A DNA stretch of 64,000 nt from Octopus sinensis (GCF_006345805.1 NC_043010.1:13268001-13332000), one strand, 5' to 3'; counted from the first letter of the stretch, positions 1-13,140 are shown. The notes: generated by a model not told the origin, from the letters alone. Translations and numbers: made by a program.

Positions 1-49
1 CTCAATCAGGGCTGGCTTGGGGTTAAGCAAAAACAATGATAACAAAGGA

Positions 50-470
50 TGGTATGAGATGTGACAATTGATGTATGCTATGATAAGTTGTGTGTACTTT
101 TATATTTTGTGAGATGTGAAGATATGACAAGATATGACAAGATATGACTACTGGTGTACTTCATGAGATATGCTGACTGTTGTACTCTATGATATCTGAC
201 GACTGATGTACTTTATGAGATATGACTGCTAATGTTATGATATGGTAAGAGGATTACTAATGTATGTTATGGTAAGATATGACTACTGAAGTATTTTATG
301 AGATGTGATGACTAATGTGACGTGATGACTAATGAGATGTGATGACTAATGAGATGTGACTGCTGAGTTATGTTATAATGAGATGTAACCGCTAGTGTTT
401 TTTGTTAGGGTAAGATGTGATTATTGAAGTCTGTTACAATGATAGGTAACTACTGATGTAGTAATTATGA
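50..470. repeat. Degenerate GAGATATGACT-type minisatellite
   Basis: Many recurrences of GATATGAC/GAGATGTGA, including three (partly degenerate) tandem GAGATGTGATGACTAAT units at ~300-360. Confidence 0.65.
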
Positions 471-1321
471 ATTTTTAGACCTACAGCATACCTCAAACAA
501 TACTGTCCAAAGTGCAATTTTATAAGAGGGAAGGATATAATTTGAGATTTGGCCTAATGAGAAATTACTGCATGATGAACCATGTCACACGTGGCCTGAT
601 TCTCAATTAAAGGTTGATTATGTCTGCTTTAGGTCAAGGTTGAGTGAACTCTCACCCTCAAAGAATTTTGTCTGCATTCCAATTTGTCATTTGTCCATTG
701 CTGAAGTTCCTAAGTTCCATTATAAAGAATATTGGTTTAGTCCTTAAGACACCAGCAGTAATTTGCTATAATCATGGCTGTGTGGTAAAAAGTTTGCTTC
801 CAAACCACATGGTTTGGGGTTCAGTCCCAATGTGTGGCACCTTAGATAAGTGTGAGTGGATTTGGTATACAGAAACTAAAAGAAGCCTGTTGTATATATA
901 TATATATATATTTGTGTTTTTGTGTATGTGTTTCTTTGTGTCAGAGTTTCTCCACCACTACCATCACTTGACAACCAGTGTTGGTGTGTTTATATCCCTG
1001 TACATTAGTAGTCAGCAAAAAAATAAGATCAATACAATCAGTACCAGGCATAAAAAAATAAGTATTGGGATTGATTCATTCAACTAAAATTCTTTAAAGC
1101 AGTGCTCCAGAATGGCCGCAGTCAAATGACTCAAACAAGTAAAAGACAAAAGATAACGGATGTCTAATAATTAGTCAAATTAACCCTTTTTCTTACAAAC
1201 CTACCAGGGGTTCACCCTTGATTCTATGATACAATTACAAACTTTTTGTTTTAAATTAATCTGGATTAAACCTTACATCAAATTTTCCTGTTAATTTATG
1301 TTCCAAGCACCCGATTAATAA

Positions 1322-1554
1322 TTGTTTCAAATTTTGGCACAATTCCAGCAAATTTGTTGGGAGAAAGTTAATCAATTACAGTGACCCCAGTACTTGACTG
1401 ATATTTTATTTTATCGACCCCCCCCCCACCACCACCACCAAAAGGATGAAAAACAGAGCTGACCTCAGTGAGATTTGAACTCAGCACATAAAGAACCAGA
1501 AGAAATGCTGCTAAGCATTTTGTCTGATGTGGTGATGACTGTTAGCTCACCACC

Positions 1555-1607
<53 letters not shown>

Positions 1608-2295
1608 TGATGATGATTTCAAATTTTGGGGAGGGATTAAGTCAATTACATCAACCCCAGTGTTCAACTGGTATTTATTTTATTGACCCCCAAAAGGATG
1701 AAGGGCAAAATCAGCCTCGGTGGAATTTGAACTCAGAACATAAAGATGAACAAAATACTGTTAGGCATTCTGCCCCGTGTGCTAACAATTCTGCCAGCTT
1801 ACCACCTTAATAATAATAATAATAATCCTTTCTACTAAAGGCACAAGGCCTGAAATTTTGTTGGAAGGTCACAAGTCAATTACATTGACCCCAGTGTTTC
1901 ACTGGTACCTAATTTATCGACCTCAAATGAATGAATGGCAAAGTCAACCTCAGCAGAATTTGAACCCAGAACGTAAAGATGGATGAAATACTGCTAAGCA
2001 TTTTGCCAGGCATGCTAATGATTCTGCCAGCTCACCACCTTAATAATAATAATTATTATATTGATAACAACAATTCTTTCTACTCTAGAAATAATGCCTG
2101 AAATTTTGTGAGAGAGAGGGCTAGTCAATTATGTTGACCCCTAGTGTTCAGGTGATACCTATTCCATCAAAACTGATGAAGGATGAAAGGTAAAGTCGAC
2201 CTCATCGGGATATGAACTCCGAACATTAAAGGGCTGGAAAAATGCTATTGAACATTTTACCTGACATGCTTGTGATTCTGCCAGATGTCTGCCTT
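1322..2295 (-). mobile_element. Four tandem head-to-tail copies of a tRNA-derived SINE (family S2) with (ATT)n tails
   Basis: The motif TTATCGACCCC..AAGGATGAA..GTCGACCTC..ATTTGAAC recurs at ~1410, 1680, 1915 and 2170; the heads end at ~1554, 1807, 2040 and 2294. Confidence 0.85.
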
Positions 2296-2600
2296 ATACT
2301 TGATTAATAACGACAAAGATATTTTATTAGATTTTTCATTATTTTCGAAATTAATTCTAACAAATGGCAGCATGTTCCAAAAAAGATACAGCAACCAAAG
2401 AGTTAAAAGATTTCATTATTTTTCTCAATGCTAAAGATAACCATCCTGACAGGTTCTTAATTTCTTGTTCATTCTATGTAGTAAAAAGACTCTCTGTGAT
2501 TGCAGTAGAGGCTCCCTTTTTGACTCCCATGACTCCCTCTTTGAATTAAGAAACTCCTTCTTCATGGGTGGCAGCTTCACTATTACTGCCACCACAGTAA

Positions 2601-3001
2601 TCTTTATACATAAAAGTGAAGTTGCATGTCTGTCTCCTACGATTTAGATTCCTAACTACTCCCACATTTTGCGGTGCAGTTTAACCAAAACCGGGTATCG
2701 TATAGTCGTAATTCATATCAAGCCCTTCTGGGTATTAGCGTGTGTCTACGATGAGTCTACGATTTTAAAAATAATTTACCATCATTTTTTTCCATTTTGA
2801 TGCATTTTTTCGTTATTATATAAGGGAAGTAACTCTCTAAAAATGTCTACGATGAGTCAACGATTTAAAAAAAAATTTACCATCATTTTTTTTTTTCCAT
2901 TTTTAATGCATTTTTTTGCTATTTTTTTGCTATAACTCTCTAAAAGTGCTTATATAGTTATTTCCCTTACAAACCCGAGCAACGCCGGGCGATACTGCTA
3001 G
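2601..3001 (+). mobile_element. Non-autonomous Helitron (401 bp)
   Basis: A|TC 5' end (TCTTTATACATAAAAG) at 2601; 3' hairpin CCCGAGCAACGCCGGG then CTAG|T at 2998-3002; no TSD; internal ~100-bp tandem duplication (2745-2945). Confidence 0.85.
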
Positions 3002-3060
3002 TTCTCTATATATTTCATAACTCAATAAAACAGAATTCAAACTCCCTACGAACCACTTAC

Positions 3061-3082
3061 CTGTTTCACCCAATTCTATCAC
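3061..3082 (-). CDS. Candidate 22-nt micro-exon (VIELGET+G), possibly a downstream protocadherin cytoplasmic exon
   Basis: Minus strand reads T-rich tract ...TTTGTTTTTGGCATGCACAG|GTGATAGAATTGGGTGAAACAG|GTAAGT. It is open in phase 0, matching the phase-0 donor at 26986. There is no transcript evidence. Confidence 0.3.
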
Positions 3083-3106
3083 CTGTGCATGCCAAAAACA
3101 AACAAA

Positions 3107-3153
<47 letters not shown>

Positions 3154-3826
3154 ATCAAAATTATCGAATGAGTAAATGAATCATCATCATAACCACTATA
3201 GTCATTTTCATTACCGCCATCATTATTATTGGAATCGTTATTGTTTTCGTCTTTATTGTTATTGCCATTATTATCAGTCTACTTCATCCATTGTACTCAC
3301 TTCAACTATTGATTGGAATCTAATTATAGAATTTTTATATATATATTTCACCAAATTGTTAGCAGCTTGGTGTAGACCTTGTGTGAATTTATAGAAGAAG
3401 AAACAGTGTAGCATTCTTTACTGGTTGAAGGTGAGTCTTTTCCATGCCAGGGAAAGAGGTGAGTGTTTTCCATGCAATCAACAACACCTTTCACTATGCC
3501 ATTCTAACTAAATTTATTAACACTGTACTAATTAATGCTATAGCAATCCAACAAAAGTCTCATTTCTATTCATATATACAACTTTGCCAAAAAACCAAGC
3601 TAATATTAAACACAAAAATACCAGAGTGTAAAATCCATACAATAGATTGCTTTTAAGCTGGGGAATCTAATAGACTTGTATGGTTAATTATAATTATCAA
3701 TTTTTATGGGTTAGTCAGAATAGAAAGGGATAGTGTATATGACCTTTATCAGGGCTTTTGTATGAATGGTGGGCAGAAGTTATCCTCAGACCAGTGACCT
3801 AGTACAAATATATATATACACAGACA

Positions 3827-3878
<52 letters not shown>

Positions 3879-4393
3879 ATACATACATACAAAATCAGAT
3901 ATATACATACATACATATATATCATTATCATCATCGTTTAACGTCTGCTTCCCATGCTAGCATGGGTTATATATATACATATATATACTCTTTTACTCTT
4001 TTACTTCTTTCAGTCATTTGACTGTGGCCATGCTGGAGCACCTCCTTTGGTTGAATAAATCAACCCCAGGACTTATTCTTTATAAGACTAGTACTTATTC
4101 TATTGGTCTCTTTTTGCCAAACCGCCAAACCCTAATCCTAAATAACACACCAGCATCAGTTGTCAAGCAATGATGGTGGGGACAAACACAAACACATACC
4201 TACATATATATACATATATACGACAAGCTTCTTTCAGTTTCCGTCAACCAAATCCATTCACAAGGGTTTGGTCAGCCCAAGGATATAGCAGAGGACACTT
4301 GCACAAGGTGCCACACAGTGGGACTGAACCCGGAACCATGTGATTGGGAAGCAAGCTTCTTACCACAGAGCCACTCTTGTCTCTCTCTCTCTG

Positions 4394-4471
<78 letters not shown>

Positions 4472-4475
4472 CATA

Positions 4476-5251
4476 CGAGCAAAGCGCTCCCCCCCTGTCC
4501 AATGGACGGTGCTGAGTTGTCAAAAATTTAAACTAAAATTTTCTCAAAACAACTTGTCCGACCGTCCCATAGGCCTCCCCTTTGAGAAACACTGATATAA
4601 CCTAAATTTGAGACACCAGCAATAGAAGAAATAAAGATAGATTTTTTTTTCTATTCAAAAGAAAAACGATTTTATTCACACAAATATGCAACCGAAGAGT
4701 TTTAAGTACCAGTAATGATAAGGCTTTTGACTGGGAGAACACAAATATGGTTTAAACAGTTAGCTTGTCAAGAAAGAAACGTGTTTTCTTTTCATAAAAA
4801 AATAATTAAGCATGACTTTATTTCAATAAAATTTTTGGTTTTGTTAAACGAAGTTAAGGCAAAAAAAAAACTTCTTGAGAAACCAAATAGTCTTTCCTTC
4901 CTTCATGCCAAGTGTGAAGAAAATATCTCTTTTGCATCTTACTTTTTTGGTCTTTTAAATATACTGCATTTTGTGGCATTATTTCAAGCCAGCCAGCTGC
5001 ACATGCATTTTTATCTTGTGCGCATAGTATCGATCGCAACAGCTGATGTACTTGCACGTACAAATGCACGTTCCCACGGCTTTATCGATTGCATTCTCAC
5101 CTGGAATCGATTTTTGTAATTTTTTGTAGACTTATACATGCCCTGATACCATCGGTATTTACATATCAAATTTGAGCACAATCGGATGGAGGATGCCCAA
5201 GATCTTAGAAGACACACACACAGACAGACAGAACGGATTTTATATAATATA
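4476..5251 (-). mobile_element. Non-autonomous Helitron-like element, long variant
   Basis: Homologous to 43919-44288. The 5' end is the decayed TCTATTATATAAAA equivalent at 5251; the 3' end has hairpin GTCCATTGGAC and CTCG (decayed CTAG) at 4476. Confidence 0.7.
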
Positions 5252-8200
5252 TATACATATATGTATGTATATAATTTTAAAATAGGATAAAATCTTTATA
5301 AGAATTTATCAAGTAGGAAGCGTGAAAAACCTCATAGAGAAAAATCCACCGATTTAATATATATATATATGGAAACAAAAGAGACAGGCAGAAACAAAGA
5401 AAATACTTCTTGTATTTGAACACTATATACAAATATTCTTTTAAAAAAACTTTTCTTTCAATTTTTCTAAATTTGATTATTTAATTGATACAGTTGAAAA
5501 AGTCTCAATGACTGAAACCGGTACTGAAATGTTTTTTATAAAATTATTTTAGCATTTTCTACCTTGACTTTTTTTCCCATATATATCAATATAATCAAAA
5601 CTGGAATCATGTACTTACAGAATATGTTTATTAACTACTCTCTCATACCTGTAAGTGTAATTAACTAGCAGTGTGTCAGTTACGGTGACAGGGGTTCCAG
5701 TTGATCCAATCAACAGAACAGTCTGCTTGAGAAGCTAACATGCAAGTGGCTGAGCACTCCACAGACACGCGTAACCTTTATGTATCTCTCACGGAGATGT
5801 AGCATGACACAGAATGTGACAAGGCTCACCCTTTGAAATACAGGTACAACACATTTTTGCCAGCTGAGTGGACTGGAGAAATGTGAAATAAAGCATCTTG
5901 CTTAAGGACACAGTGCACAGCCAGGTATTGAACTCATGACCTTACAGTCTTGAGCCAAGTACCCAACCACTTAGCCATGCATCTTCACTAGCTGCGGTTA
6001 ATTATAAGTCCTTCACTAGAAAAAAGTGGTTATGTGGTTAAGATGCTTGCTTTTTAACCATATGGCTTGGAGTTCAGTCCCAGTGTACAGCACCTTGGGC
6101 AAGTGTCTTCCTCTATAGCCCCAGGTCAAGCAATGTCATGCGAGTGAATTTGGTTGAGTGAAACTGTGTGGAAGCTATGCATATACATACATGTGTGAGA
6201 GTGTGTGTGTATGTTTGTGTTTGTGTTTGTCCCACCACCACCACTTGACAACCATTGTTGGTTTGTTAACATCCTGTAACTCACTGATTCAGCAAAAGAG
6301 ACCAATAGAATAAGTAACAAACTTTAAAAAAACAAGTAAAGTACTGGAATCAACTTTTTTTTTATTATTAAACTCATCAAGGTGGTGCCCCAGCATGGCC
6401 ACAGTCCAATGACTGAAACAAGCTAACGATTAAAATTCATTTCAAGCCGGAAGAAATCCCTACACAATATTTGATGTGATGAAGAATAGTGGAGTTAACA
6501 GAAATAAAAGAGATTCTTTCTATATTCTTAGTTCAAGCTCAGTTCATTCTTGCCTTCTTTACATCCAAGGTCAATAAAATAAACAAAGTAAATATTCCTA
6601 AAACATTTAGTATATTTTTGTCTTATTTCATGTCACAATAATTTAGCAAACTATAGTACAATTGGCATTGGTTACAGGTTTGCTATAGGCCGATCACTGA
6701 TTTGCTGCAATTCTAACAGCAAGAGTAACCAGGAAGTGTCCATAAACTGGTACAAAACAATTATTACAATGGACTTGAATGGCATCAGTTTTTGTGCATC
6801 CCTGTTGATGTTTAGACCCTTTAATAATATACATCAGTAAAAGACATATAAATATTACAGTCATACACAGACATGCATTGCTCGATATATATGTCATCAC
6901 CATCATTATCCTTTAACGTCTGTTACCTGTGCTGGCATGGGTTAGACGGTTTGACAGGAGCTGGCTAGACAAAAGACTGCACCAGGCTTCACTGTCAGTT
7001 TTTGCAGGGGTTTTACAGCTGGCTCTCTTTCTTAACACCCACCTTACAAAATGGACTGGGTGCTTTTTACACGGCCTACTTTTAGCATGTATGTATGTAT
7101 GTATGTATGTATGTATGTATGTATGTATGTGTGTATGTATGTATGTATGTATGTATGTATGTATGTATGTATGTGTGTATGTATGTATGTATGTATGTGT
7201 GTATGTATATAGGGGGAGAATTCACAAAAAAAAACAAAAAATGAAGACAGGTGGTGTACAAAACAAACAGATGTGTTAGTATAATGCTCAGGAAGTGAAA
7301 ATGTCTTTAACATTTCGAGCCTATGCTCTTCCACAGAAAGGAACACAGAAAGAAACAAGGAGAGAAAATAAAGAATGTGTAGTGGCTAGCGATCTATCAT
7401 GGCGAAGGCCAGACAGTATGTACATATGTGTGTGTATGTATGCCTGTATGTGTGTGTGTATATGTATGTATACATTTTCCTACAATCAAATTCCATTGAC
7501 AAAGTATTGGTCAATTTGAGACAACAGCAAAAGACAACTCCTTAAGTTAATGCATAGAGGGAATCAAGCCTAGCACCACCTGGTCACAGAATGTATCATA
7601 CATCCATAAAGAAGCAGTGTAAAAACTCAGACAATCCAAAGGAGTAATATCATCACCATCATCATCATCATCAACATTTAATACACATATACATAGCACT
7701 TACTGATCAGAGAAAGAGCAAAAGAAACCGATGCAGATTCTCTAAATCCAGTCTATTAGTTGCACAGTGGAAATTTGTAAGACATTCCCAAAATTCTCCA
7801 TCTGAAATCCTTATGTAAATAGCTGCATACACTTGGGTGTATGCATCGGCAGTTCAACCCAACATGCCAACTCAACCATATATTTACAAACACCAGGAAC
7901 TCTCTTAACTCAAAAAGTCTCATCACTTTGTTAGCGACTGACTTGAATTCTCCCAAGAACTTGAATAAAACTCAAGCAAAAACATACATACAGATAGACA
8001 GGCAAGCAGGCCGACAGACGGACATATTCTTTAACAAGAACAGTATTGGCAGTAACTTCAAAGATTCAGCCAGCTAAACTATCATCAGACTGTGGTGCAT
8101 TTGAGTTCATCTTGACTTTATATAGTCTCTGTTAAGTTAAATTTTTCTATTGTAAGCTGAGTTCTGTCGAATAGTAATTAGGTGGTTCTGATGGTAAGAT

Positions 8201-9269
8201 ATTATGGAGGATTTTTATTGATTAAATTTGGGGATGTGCTTTTGTTTAGAATTTATTCATGCATGTAGAAATTTGTACTCAGGTGTGTATATTTAGGTGT
8301 ATAAATGTGTATATACATGTATATGCCCCTATAACATTTGTTGATGTATATCAATGAAGATAAACTCTATTGAGAAAATTGAAATACCTTTATTTTGGGA
8401 ATGGGGTCCTTTGATATATTTATTTTGTATCAAGTTGCAATCACTCCCTTGTCATATTTGTCATCAGAAATTGCAGTGAATCATGATTAGCCTGTTGGAA
8501 ACCTGTAACCAATGCTACAATGTGTCTGGACCAAAAACCATGTCTTTAGGGTCCAAACTTCTTACCACACAGTTACATCTGCATTTGATCCTACGTGTAT
8601 ATGCAGCAAATCACCAATGTCATAACAGAATCAGAAAAAATGCTTTGTGATCTTTATTCCGGCTCTTAACACTCTGAGCTCAAATCCAGCCACAGCAATT
8701 TGATCTTGGGGGTGAGGGGATCAATAAAGTCCAGTCTAGAACTGAGACCAATTCTTCTCTCTTTCTCTTCTGGAACACATCATTTATGGTCAACCCTAAA
8801 GAAGGATAGGCTCCACCAAGTTTAGATTCATTAAGTAAACTATAGGCCATGACAGTAACCTTATGACTGTCAGGAGTTCATGACCCAATTTAGGAGAAGG
8901 CTAAGCGGATAATATTTTGTACCAAAAAACAAAGAAATGACATCTGTAGATTTTATTTGGCCATTTGTCTGTTTCAAAGCTTATGAAATAAGCAGAAATT
9001 GAATGACAAATGTGAGCATCACTGGATTAAATTCTTTGTCATATTTAGTTCTATTTGGAATTGCAAAAATACCTGTCAGGTATTGTGTTCCAATTCTTCT
9101 CTCTTTTTCCCTGGAAGAAATTAACTGTGATCAAACCTAGAATCACCCAGGTTTAGTTGCATGAGGCATACTGCAGATTACACCAGCATCCTTAGAACAC
9201 TCATCAAAAGTGGAAGATTCAGAGCAAGGCAAAGCCTAATTGTGTGATACTTTGCATAATAGTTCATCA

Positions 9270-9660
9270 GTGGAGGTGCAATGGCCCAGTGGTTAGGGCA
9301 GCGGACTCGGGTCATAGGATCGTGGTTTCGATTCCCAGACCAGGCATTGTGAGTGTTTATTGAGCGAAAACACCTAAAAGCTCCACGAGGCTCTGGCAGG
9401 GGATGGTGGTGATCCCTGCTGTACTCTTTCACCACAACTTTCTCTCACTCTTACTTCCTGTTTCTGTTGTACCTGTATTTCAAGGGGCCAGCCTTGTCAC
9501 TCTCTGTGTTACGCTGAATATCCCCGAGAACTACGTTAAGGGTACACATGTCTGTGGAGTGCTCAGCCACTTACACGTTAATTTCACGAGTAGGCTGTTC
9601 CGTTGATTCGGATCAACTGGAACCCTCGTCGTCGTAACTAACGGAGTGCTTCCCTCCCTT
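9270..9660 (+). mobile_element. tRNA-derived SINE, family S3 with tail type X
   Basis: A-box TGGCCCAGTGG and B-box GGTTTCGATTCC; 13-bp TSD TAATAGTTCATCA (9257, 9661). Confidence 0.88.
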
Positions 9661-9835
9661 TAATAGTTCATCAACAAACAGGAAGAACAAGTCCTGGAGA
9701 TTTGACTTCATCTTCAATCCATTCCATGAGTAATAAAGTGTGATGAAAGTGATCCAGAAGTGTAACATTGCTGGATTAAAGGTTTTATCGAATTGAACCA
9801 GCCAGGACCCCTGGACTGGTGGTACATAGAAAGCA

Positions 9836-10140
9836 CTATCCGACTCGTGGCCGATGCCAGCGCCGCCTCGACTGGCTTCCGTGCCGGTGGCACGTAAAAT
9901 GCACCAATCCGACCGTGGCCGTTGCCAGCCTCGCCTGGCACCTGTGCAGGTGGCACGTAAAAAGCACCCACTACACTCACGGAGTGGTTGGCATTAAGAA
10001 GGGCATCCAGCTGTAGAAACACTGCCAGATCAGACTGGAGCCTGGTGCAGCCTTCTGGCTTCCCAGATCCCCGGTCGAACCGTCCAACCCATGCTAGCAT
10101 GGAGAACGAACGTTAAACGATGATGATAATGATGATGATA
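9836..10140 (+). mobile_element. Short copy of the RTE 3'UTR with (GAT)n tail
   Basis: Same GTGCCGGTGGCACGTAAAA repeats and ...CCAACCCATGCTAGCATGG...CGTTAAACGATGATGAT terminus as the 25060-25600 LINE tail. Confidence 0.85.
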
Positions 10141-10530
10141 TTTATGCCTCTTTTTTTCTCAGTGTCTAAACTTGATTTTTTTTATTCCTTTGGTGTTGAT
10201 AAAGGTGTTGTACCATTGTGAACAATAACTTACTCTTTAAATATTTTTCGCCAGTTTTCACCACTACCTAGCACCACCCAGAAGGAATTCCTGAATAGTT
10301 ACTGGATTTGATTGAAATAGCAGTTAAATCTCTTCTAATTACACCCTACTGTCTTAAAAAATGGGAAAAAGAAACATATAATGTGATCTTAAATATACCA
10401 AAAAAAAAAAAACAATGGAGTACCTTTGGACATAAGTCCTCTCAACCAAGGTTGATATGGAGTTAAAAAATCAAATAAAACAAACCACATCTGTTTTGAA
10501 TTAGTTACATTTGACAACTGTTGCCATCTG

Positions 10531-10764
10531 TACAGATTCGCATATTTCGGTCATATTATGTGGAGAAAATCCCTGGAGAAGGACATCATGCTCGGAATGG
10601 TCAGCGGCAAGAGAGGAAGAGGCCGACCAAGAACCCGCTGGCTTGACACCATCAAGAGGGATACCGGAATGGACATAGCCAATCTGAAAGAAGCGGCCCA
10701 GGATAGAACTGACTGGAGGACACTGATCCAACGAGTGACCGAGAGTCGACTTCAACTGAGCGGT

Positions 10765-10797
<33 letters not shown>
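10531..10797 (+). mobile_element. RTE (BovB-like) LINE 3' end with (GA)n tail
   Basis: YFGHIMWRKSLEKDIMLGMVSGKRGRGRPRTRWLD...DRTDWR...SRLQLSG* matches the typical RTE/BovB C-terminus; the (GA)n follows directly. Confidence 0.88.
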
Positions 10798-10799
<2 letters not shown>

Positions 10800-11432
10800 A
10801 TCTGTAATTCAAGGAGTGAATTATCCAGCATTGTTGTATTTCAAATTTCAGAAGTTGTTGACAAATAGAATAATTTCACCCACCATTGTTAGATCAAGGT
10901 CATGATGACTTACAATGACAAATACTTGCCTAAGGTGCTGGATAGTGAGACCAAACCCAGCACCACTATCAAGTTGTTGTTGACTCAAAAAGTTGTTTCA
11001 TCATTCATAATTCATTATTCTATTGTTTGTGATTAGCAAAACAATATAAGATAATGACATGATAACCAAAGTAAGCAATAGATCATAATTAAGTAAATAA
11101 TAAACATTAATGCATTTAATTTCAAATACTTATCAAAGAAGGTAGGGAGTTTCTACAAGGCTTTTCACATTGGTAGAACTACCACTTAATTCACACCTAA
11201 GTCTCTGATGATTAAGAAGGGTTTCCAACATTGCAAAGGATTTATAAGAGCTTGCAAAACCTCTAAGTAGCTCCTGCATCATTTATTTCACCTTGATGTA
11301 AGGATGGCTGCATGGTTAAGAGGCTCACTTTGCAGGCACATGGTTTCATTATCAATCTCACTATACAACACCTTATATGTTTGCCTTCTACTATAACTTT
11401 GAGCTGATCAGTACCTTGAGAGTGAATTTTGT

Positions 11433-11485
<53 letters not shown>

Positions 11486-11502
11486 TATACATATATATAT
11501 AC

Positions 11503-11824
11503 ATGTGCTGGTGGCACGTAAAAAGCACCATCCATATGTGGCCGATGCCAGCACCACCTTGACTGACTTTCCATGCCGGTGGCACATAAAAACACCAACC
11601 GATCGTGGGCATTGCCAGCCTCCTCTGGCTCCTGTGCCGGTGGCACAAAAAAAGAACCCACTACACTCACGGAGTGGTTGGCGTTAGGAAGGGCATCCAG
11701 CTGTAGAAACATTGCCAGATCAGACAGGAGCCTGGTGCAGCCTCCTGGCTTCCCAGACCCCGGTCGAACCGTCCAACCCTTGCTAGCATGGAAAATGGAC
11801 GTTAAACGATGATGATGATGATGA
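11503..11824 (+). mobile_element. Short copy of the RTE 3'UTR with (GAT)n tail
   Basis: Same as 9836-10140. Shorter tail-only copies occur at ~3925-3965, 6895-7080, 40075-40145, 46580-46690, 54015-54165 and 59110-59260. Confidence 0.85.
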
Positions 11825-11880
11825 TACACACACATACATCCTTACAAATATATATACATATATATATATGTGTGTGTGTG

Positions 11881-12130
11881 TGGAGGTGCGTGGCTTAGTG
11901 GTTAGGGTGTCAGCATCATGATCGTAAGATTGTGGTTTCGATTCCTGGCCCAGGCGACGTGTTGTGTTCTTGGACAAAACATTTCATTTCACGTTGCTCC
12001 AGTCCACTCAGCTGGCAAAAGTGAGTAATGCTGCGATGGACTGGTGTCCCATCCAGCTGGGGAACACATACGCCATTGAAACCGGGAAACTGGGCCCATG
12101 AGCATGGCTAGGCTTTAAAGGGTGCATTTA
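11881..12130 (+). mobile_element. tRNA-derived SINE with body type B
   Basis: TGGCTTAGTGG A-box, GTTTCGATTCC B-box and CCAGTCCACTCAGC body; relatives at ~50345-50555(+) and ~5690-5990(-). Confidence 0.8.
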
Positions 12131-12668
12131 TTATATATATAGGAAAGCACAGATGCTCCAACTAAAGAGTTTCCAACTAAGATAATTCACAATGGCCAAA
12201 TTCACTTATCTGTTAAAAGTTTTGTTGAACTACAATATTTCCATATCAAAACAATCTTATTAACTTCAAACACTAGCATACTTTGATAATGAAAAAAAAA
12301 CTCTTGAAAACGTCTGCTATTGTTTTTTGTTCATTTTTAATTTTAAATAAAAAGCAGTAGTTTTTTTTTTTTTACTAAATATTTGAAAGCATATACAGGT
12401 GACTTATTTTGATTATTTCATTTATGCAGGTGATTCTGATTAGTAATTGTTTTTTTTTTAATTTTATTTTATATATTTTGAAATTTATTTTTTTATATTT
12501 TTCTTTTATTTTATAAACTTTAAGATTCGAATTTTATTGAACAGTCTTGTGTAATTTATTGATAATATGTTAGTGGGGATAACAAAAAAATTGGTTCAGA
12601 TCCTGACTAACATTATACTTCAAATAAAAACACAAATATATGTAAATGGAGAAAAAAAATAAAGGAGA

Positions 12669-12715
12669 TTGTCCTGACATGTTTCACAGTTTGTTGGTCA
12701 TTCTTCAGAAGACAA
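12669..12715 (-). ncRNA. Minimal hammerhead ribozyme motif (GUC site)
   Basis: Minus strand: TTGTCTT-CTGAAGA-(16 nt, weak stem II)-GAAAC-AT-GTC-AGGACAA; 7-bp stem I and palindromic ACATGT. Confidence 0.55.
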
Positions 12716-12970
12716 GTTACCCCTTCATCCTTTTGTCCACAAAGTGAACTTGCAGCATAGCACACCTTAGATCAAACATAAACAACATAAATAAGCATAG
12801 AAGTGTAATGGTTAAACTAATTTGCATGCATATTTGTTGATGTCATGATTAAATAGATAATGAATATTTGTGCAATTATGCGGTGCTCCAGCATGGCCGC
12901 AGTCAAATGACTGAAACAAATAAAAGAATAAAAGAATATAATATATATATATATAATATATATATATAAT

Positions 12971-13013
<43 letters not shown>

Positions 13014-13140
13014 CATACACACACATGCATATGTATGTATATGTATGTGTGTGTGTGTGTGTGGATTTCAGATATATGATTGTGTGTTTTTAAGTAATAA
13101 TTGCCAATACATATTAGCACTGGCCTCTTTGCATTCTAAA

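Noticed and set aside
2364-2600. Moderately complex segment with a 61-aa ORF
   Set aside because: Stops in candidate frames on both strands and no motif that I can name.
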